Source: Antechinus flavipes | Taxonomy: Eukaryota | Direction of reading: 5' to 3' | NCBI RefSeq assembly: GCF_016432865.1 | Contig: NC_067400.1 | Span: 629,314,040 to 629,364,000, forward strand | Length of the DNA stretch: 49,961 nucleotides | Part shown: one piece after another, positions 44,620 through 49,961 of the stretch | Layout: every line of letters starts with the position of its first letter | Numbering within the stretch: position 1 is the stretch's first letter | Program-made: the position numbers and the translations under genes | The notes under the pieces: model-generated | What the model was told of the DNA's origin: nothing | Database searches by the model: none | The model's input: only the letters and a program-made list of their open reading frames with translations

Positions 44620-44990
44620 CCCTCAGGGGCGGGCCTCTCCCTAAGCGAAGGGCTCGAGCTTTAAGAAGATGGCTTCAGCCTTGGGGCAGACCCTGTCTCT
44701 GAGGGGGAGAGGCCTAACGCTAGGAGGCGGGGTCTCTCACTAAGCGAAGGGCCGGGGCTCTTCCCCCCCCCCCCCCGGGCGGCTCTGGTCTTTAATGGGC
44801 GGGACTTTGTCGCTAGGGGCGGAGCCTGTCACTAAGAGGAGAGCTCCGGCTCCCAGAAGATGGCTTCTTCCCCAGGGCGGATCTCGGCTTTAAGGGGCGG
44901 GGCTTGTAGCTAGGGGCGGGACCTGTCACTGAGAAGAGAGCTCGGGCTCTCAGAAGATGGCTTCACTCCCGGGGCGGGCGGGGTCTGTCT
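44620..44990. promoter_or_regulatory. Degenerate tandem modules with GC box plus YY1-type AAGATGGC
   Basis: AAGATGGC at 44666-44673, 44857-44864 and 44954-44961, each preceded by ggggcgg...ct(aa/ga)g...gagctc. Confidence 0.6.
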
Positions 44991-46955
44991 CTTGGGCGTT
45001 GGGGGAGGGAGGGAGGGATCATGTTTTCCGCAGAAGCCTCTCCAGTCCCGCCAGATAGTAGGCCCTCGTTTGCAGAATGAGGCTTAAGGAGGCAGTCTCC
45101 CCCAAGGCCTTCTCTTGGGGATCCCCGAGCATGCGCAGCTGCGCAGAACCGTTCTGCTTTGCGTCTCCCCTCCATTCCTAGTCGCCTGCAGGGCCCCTCC
45201 CCCTCCCCCTTCCCCTACTCCCCTCCCCGTGGCGGCTGGCACCGCCAGGCACCCGGGCAATCCGGCTCAGCAGCTCAGAGGCCCCTTTGTCCCTTGTCTG
45301 CCCCTACCCCCCTCCGGCCATTCATGGCCAAGTCCTGGCAGCCTCCTCTTCTGCTCCCAATGAATGGGTGCCCCCCGCCCAGAGGGCCCCCCATCCCAGT
45401 CAGAGCCCCTAAAGGCGGCCGCTTTCCCTCCGAGATGGCCCCCGATTTACCCCGCGGACATTTCGCGTGCGTGTCGTGTCCCTCCCCCGCCCCGCCCCAT
45501 TTGACCGTAAGCTCCTAGAGAAGGGTCACTTCGTTGCTTTTGTCCCGTTACCGGTGATCTCTTAATTGCCAAATTCACGGCCCGTGCTCATCCTCCCCGC
45601 CAGTCTCCTCTCTCCGCTCCCCCTCTTGCCCAGTTGCTGCTCCTCCTGCTCCTCCTGGGCGTCCCACAGGGCTCCGTCCGGGGTCCTCCTCTCCCTCCTT
45701 CCAGTCCACTTCACTTGGGGGTCTCATCAATGTCCGTGCGCTTAACGACCGGCTCTCTGACACTTCCCAAACCCCTCCCTGCCTCTTTTACCGGCTTCTC
45801 CAACTGGGTGTCCGAAACCGGACCCACTCTCTGCCCCCCCAACTTTCCTCCGACCCCGGGGTCCGGCGCTAGGAATCCCCTGGGACTCCTCCCTCACTCT
45901 CACCCCTCATTTCCAATATGGGCCAAGACCTGGCCTTCTCGGCTCTGCCGCACGTCTAGGGCGGGAGCCTTCCGTCCTCCCCCGTCCCGGCTCGAGTCCT
46001 TCCTCGGCGGGGCATCCTCACTCGGTGACTAAAGCTGACCTTCCTTCCCCCACTTGCCCGAGGGCAGGCTCATCCCCTCCCAGATGAAATGGCAAATGCG
46101 GGGGCCAAACCCTTTACCTCTCACCCCCTCCTCCACCTGCGCGGGCCCTCTGGCCCCCTGCTGTTCCGGAGGGGAGGGGGGGGGCGCGTTTATTCTCTAA
46201 GAGTGTCTCCGGGCTGTGTCATCTCTACCTCGCAGCTGCTTTCCAATATCCAATGCTCCCTTGTGCAGGTAGCCTTCCCGGCTCTGCTCTGGCCCCGGGC
46301 GCTTCACCGGCAGTGGTCGTGTGCTCTGTGGGAGCCTTTGAGCTTTCTTTAGATCCCTCTTAGTTAACAAGTGAATAGCGGGCACTTCCCAGACTTCTCC
46401 CCTTCCTGGAAGCAACTTCTCCCCTTCCTGGCCTTTGGGGCAAGGCCGAGGGGAGCGGCTCACCTGCCTGGGCCAGGCCGTGGTTGCCAGAAGGGTCTTC
46501 AGATGTGGAGACCGAGGCAAAGCTTCCTAGTGGCCACGCGAGTGAGCCCCACAGCGGACTCGGCCACAGAGGGAGGATTCTCTCCCCAGAAGCCACATCC
46601 TCTGCCCTTCTGACAGAGGATGAGGGCCCAAGGCCACTTGGGACGCAAACGGGCCCACTCCCCCCTCACCAGAGAGACATAAGCGCCTCCAGGGCAGGGA
46701 CGACTCCAAGTGCCCGGATTTCGCTTTCCGAGGGGTCCCTCCCCTCCGGGGGTATCTGTAGCTGCAGAGTGGGGATCTCTAAAACTAGGCCCCAACCTCC
46801 AGGGTGAGTTTCCCAGGGCCTCAGCTCCCAGACTCTATCCTCCCCCACCCAGGAAGGGAAACGGGACTGAGCATTTCCGGGTGAGATGGTGGCAGACCCC
46901 TCCCCCCCCCCCAATCCCAACAGACAAGAGCAAGCCAGAGAGAGTATCAGGCCAG

Positions 46956-46961
46956 TTTATT
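46956..46961 (-). terminator. FIZ1: FIZ1 proximal polyadenylation signal AATAAA (distal candidate at 46189-46194)
   Basis: tttatt on + strand, about 790 nt past the stop codon. Confidence 0.65.
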
Positions 46962-47752
46962 AAGGGTCCGGAGGGCGTGGGGAAGCAGATGCGCACACAT
47001 GAGGCCCTCCAGATGAGTCCCCCCGCCCTGGGGAGACACAGAGACAGACACAAACGGGAGAGACAGAGACCCGAAGCCCACGAGGCGAAAGGGGGTATTC
47101 CCAGGCTGGAGAAGCCCACTCCTTGTGGGAAGGATGGGGATGGGGGCAGGGGACAAGAGAGGGGGCACTAGGCTGCGAACCAGTCCACATTCTACATAAG
47201 GACAAACTCGGTTAATTCATTCTAAGGGGGTGAGGGAGACAGACTAGACTGGTCCGGGGAGGGAGGGGAATGAGGTGAAAGCCTTATCCGGAGGATTGGT
47301 TCTGTCCATTCAGAGCAGTCCACCTTGGGGAAGAGGGGTGCAGCAGGGTTAGTCTAATCCACCTTGCATGAGCAGCTCTGAGGGGGGCTGGGCTGGGCTG
47401 GGCAGGGGCACCAGGCTCAGCCCCTTCCCTGGGGCCCCGGCCCATCCTCCCTCCTCGGGGGTCAGTTGGCTTGGAGGCCCTTCCTGGAGAGTGAAGAAGG
47501 CAAGGTGCCCGGCCAGCTGGCCGGGCTCGGGGGCCGTGCCCGGGGCAGGGGCTGCGGGGCCGGCTCCCTAAGCTTGCCCAGATTTCCATTTCCCTCCCCC
47601 GGCCCGACAGCCCCGTCCTCATGCTCGGGGGGTCTCAGGGGCCCCAACCTCCATCTCTGGGGTCCCTCCAGACCAGGAGCCCTCTCCCCCTCCAATTCCA
47701 AGGTTCCCTTGGTCCCACTCAGGCCGGGAGGATCTCCGGGACGGCGGGCTGC

Positions 47753-49644
47753 TCAGTCCATCCCTCGGTGAAGCTTCAGGTGACGGGAGAGGTTGCTGAG
47801 TGTGATGAAACCCTTGCCGCAGACGTGGCAGGGGAAGGGCCGCTCGGGCCCGTGCAGCAGCCGGTGCCGCTTGAGGTAGCACTCGTGCCGGAAGAACTTC
47901 CCGCACTCCAGGCACGGGAAGGGCTTCTCCCCAGTGTGGACCAGCACATGCCTCTCCAGGTCCCTCGGGGAACGGAAGAGCTTCTCACACTCGGAGCAGC
48001 TGAACACCTTCTTCCCGGCCGCCGCCGCCGCCAGAGCCGCGGGGGTGCGGCCCGAGCCGGCGGGGGGCCCCCCCGGAGAAGGCCCGGCCCCGTGGCTCCC
48101 GTGGTGGTGCTCCTCCAGGGCCGCCACCGCCCCATAGACCGCCCCGCACACCCCACAGACGCAGGAAGCCGGGCCCGAGTGGGCATCCAGGTGGGCGGCC
48201 AGGGCCGCCGCGGAAGCAAAGAAGGTCCCGCAGTCGCACTGGTACAGGGTCTCCTCCGAGGCCTCGCCCAGATCAGCGGCCACGGGGAACGGGGCCTCCT
48301 CCCCGGGTATCTCCTGGCATACCTCTACGGGCACCTCCACGGGTATCTCCTGGGATACCTCCTCAGCTTCCTCCACGGGGGCCTCCTGGGATACCTCTGG
48401 GGCTACCTCCAGAGGGAACTCCTGGGGCTCCTCAGTGGGGAACTCACTGAGATCCTCTTCAGGGAACTCCTGAACATCCTCTGAGGTGAACTCTTGGGGT
48501 TCCTCTGAAGTGAACTCTTGGGGTTCCTCAGAAAGGAACTCCTGGGGCCCCTCGGGGAACTCCTGGGGCCCTTCTGGGAACTCCTGGGGTTCCTCGGAGG
48601 GAAACTCCTGGAGATCCTCTGAGGGGAACTCTTGGGGCCCCTCGGAGAACTCCTGAGGCTCCTCAGAGGGGAGCTCCTGGGGATCCTCAGGAGCCTCCAT
48701 TCCACCCTCCCTGCCCTCAGGCCCAGGCCAGGATCCTTGGAGATCATGGGTGAGCTTGTGGCGCTCCAACAGGGCCGGGGCATTGAAGTCGCGCTCACAG
48801 CGGGGGCACTTGAAGGGTTTCACATCTGTGTGAGCAGCCCAATGGGAGGCCAGCTCGGCCCCCGCCAGGAAGCATCGGCCACAGGCCCCGCAGACAAACG
48901 GGCCCGTCCCCCCGGTCCCCCAGCCCCCCACCCAGGAGCCCGGCCCGGGACCCGGGGGCTCCGGGCCGCCCCCACAGGCCACGCAGGGCCCCTCGTCAGA
49001 ACAGGCGCTGCAGGATGGGCCTGGGACCGGGGGCCCCAAAGTGGGAAGGAGGCCCGGCACTAAGCCGGACGGGCCCAAGCCTGCGGGCGTGGGGGGGGAC
49101 ATCCCCCGGTGCTGGCGCTTCAGATGACGGCCCAGGCTGGAGCGGGAGGAGAAGCGGAGCTCACAAATCAGGCAGCAATAAGGCTTTTCACCCGTGTGGA
49201 CCACCTGCAGAGGGGGGAAGAAGGCAGAATTCCCACATTCAGCCCCAGCCCAGCGCCGCCCCCACGGCCCCCACCCCGCCACGGAAGGGGCCGCCCCGAG
49301 GCGCCGAGGGGGAGGAGGCCCCTGACCTGGTGGTGGAGGAGGCCCGTGGAGTCGCGGAAGCCCTTGGGGCAGGCGGAGCAGCGGTAGGGCCGCTCGCCGG
49401 TGTGAGAGCGCAGGTGGTTGGCCAGGTTGAAGCTGTGCTTGAAGCCCTTGCCGCAGCGGGGGCAAGCGTGGGGCTTGAGAGCCGTGTGCCGCGCGAAGTG
49501 GCGCCGCAGATCGGAGCGGTAGCGGAAGCTCTTCCCGCACTCGCTGCAGTGGAAGGGCACCCGGGGGGCCACGGGAGGGGCCGGGGCCGGGGCCGGGGCC
49601 GGGCCGGCCGCAGGGAGGGGTCCGTCCACAGCGCTGTCCTCCAT
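47753..49644 (-). CDS. FIZ1: FLT3-interacting zinc finger 1; 2 coding exons, 589 aa, 11 C2H2 fingers
   Basis: complement(join(47753-49204,49327-49644)). Kozak gccATGG; exon acceptor at 49681; 122-nt GT-AG intron in phase 0. PRVPFHCSECGKSFRYRSDLRRHFARH...HHQ|VVHTGEKPYCC...GFITLSNLSRHLKLHRGMD* matches recalled human FIZ1. Confidence 0.96.
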
Positions 49645-49961
49645 GGCTTGGGATCTGCACGTGCCCTGCCTGGGGCATCTCTGCGGAAAGAGAGGTAGGG
49701 AAGGGATGGCACCCCTCTTCCAAGGGGCTCCTCTAGAATGGTCAGAGGGTCTCCACTTACAGGCCCCGCCCCACCCCTTCCAAGGCCCGCCCACTCTGAG
49801 ACCCCACCCCAAACTCCAAGCCCCACCCCTTCCGAGGATTAGCCACTGCCAAATCCCGCCCCTTCTACTCAAGCCCCACCCCATCCAAGGACTGCCCACT
49901 CTTCTAAAATGTCTCTACCTCCAAGCCCCGTCCCTTCTAAGGGCCCCCCACCACCCTCAGT

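Noticed and set aside
46484-46807. 107-aa ORF between ZNF579 and FIZ1
   Set aside because: Non-ATG start, no homology or splice support; lies in the probable FIZ1 3' region.
47753-49723. 656-aa single-exon FIZ1 ORF
   Set aside because: Its N-terminal part is an off-frame reading of exon 2 and the intron; the real protein needs the 49205-49326 intron removed.

Overview
Vertebrate genomic DNA, very probably a dasyurid marsupial (dasyurid-type L1 3' end, WSINE1/Mar-type CORE-SINE), with six N gaps. It is the orthologue of human 19q13.42 with the same gene order: NAT14 (+, last coding exon only), SSC5D (+, 13 coding exons, about 1693 aa, five SRCR domains and a mucin-like tail), SBK2 (-, about 349 aa), SBK3 (-, about 363 aa, start of exon 2 in a gap), ZNF579 (-, 495 aa) and FIZ1 (-, 589 aa). 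The first ~4.9 kb is AT-richer and transposon-dense (an L1 split by two solo LTRs with 6-bp TSDs). The rest is extremely GC-rich and full of unrelated minisatellites. I found no prokaryotic system, CRISPR array or RNA gene, and no demonstrably new biological system. Best leads: lineage-specific coding repeats (17 x 16-aa acidic repeat in SSC5D that aligns in register with a basic 16-aa repeat in exon 10; acidic QEF repeats in FIZ1), tandem arrays that multiply TF motifs (about 55 forkhead motifs in a 2.6-kb CA array, a YY1/GC-box array, an E-box array, an AP-1 palindrome), near-identical SRCR exons suggesting gene conversion, and the missing NAT14 first coding exon and ZNF628 neighbour. Gene identities and human comparisons rest on my recall of the human proteins, not on a database search. 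Exon boundaries and counts were read by hand.
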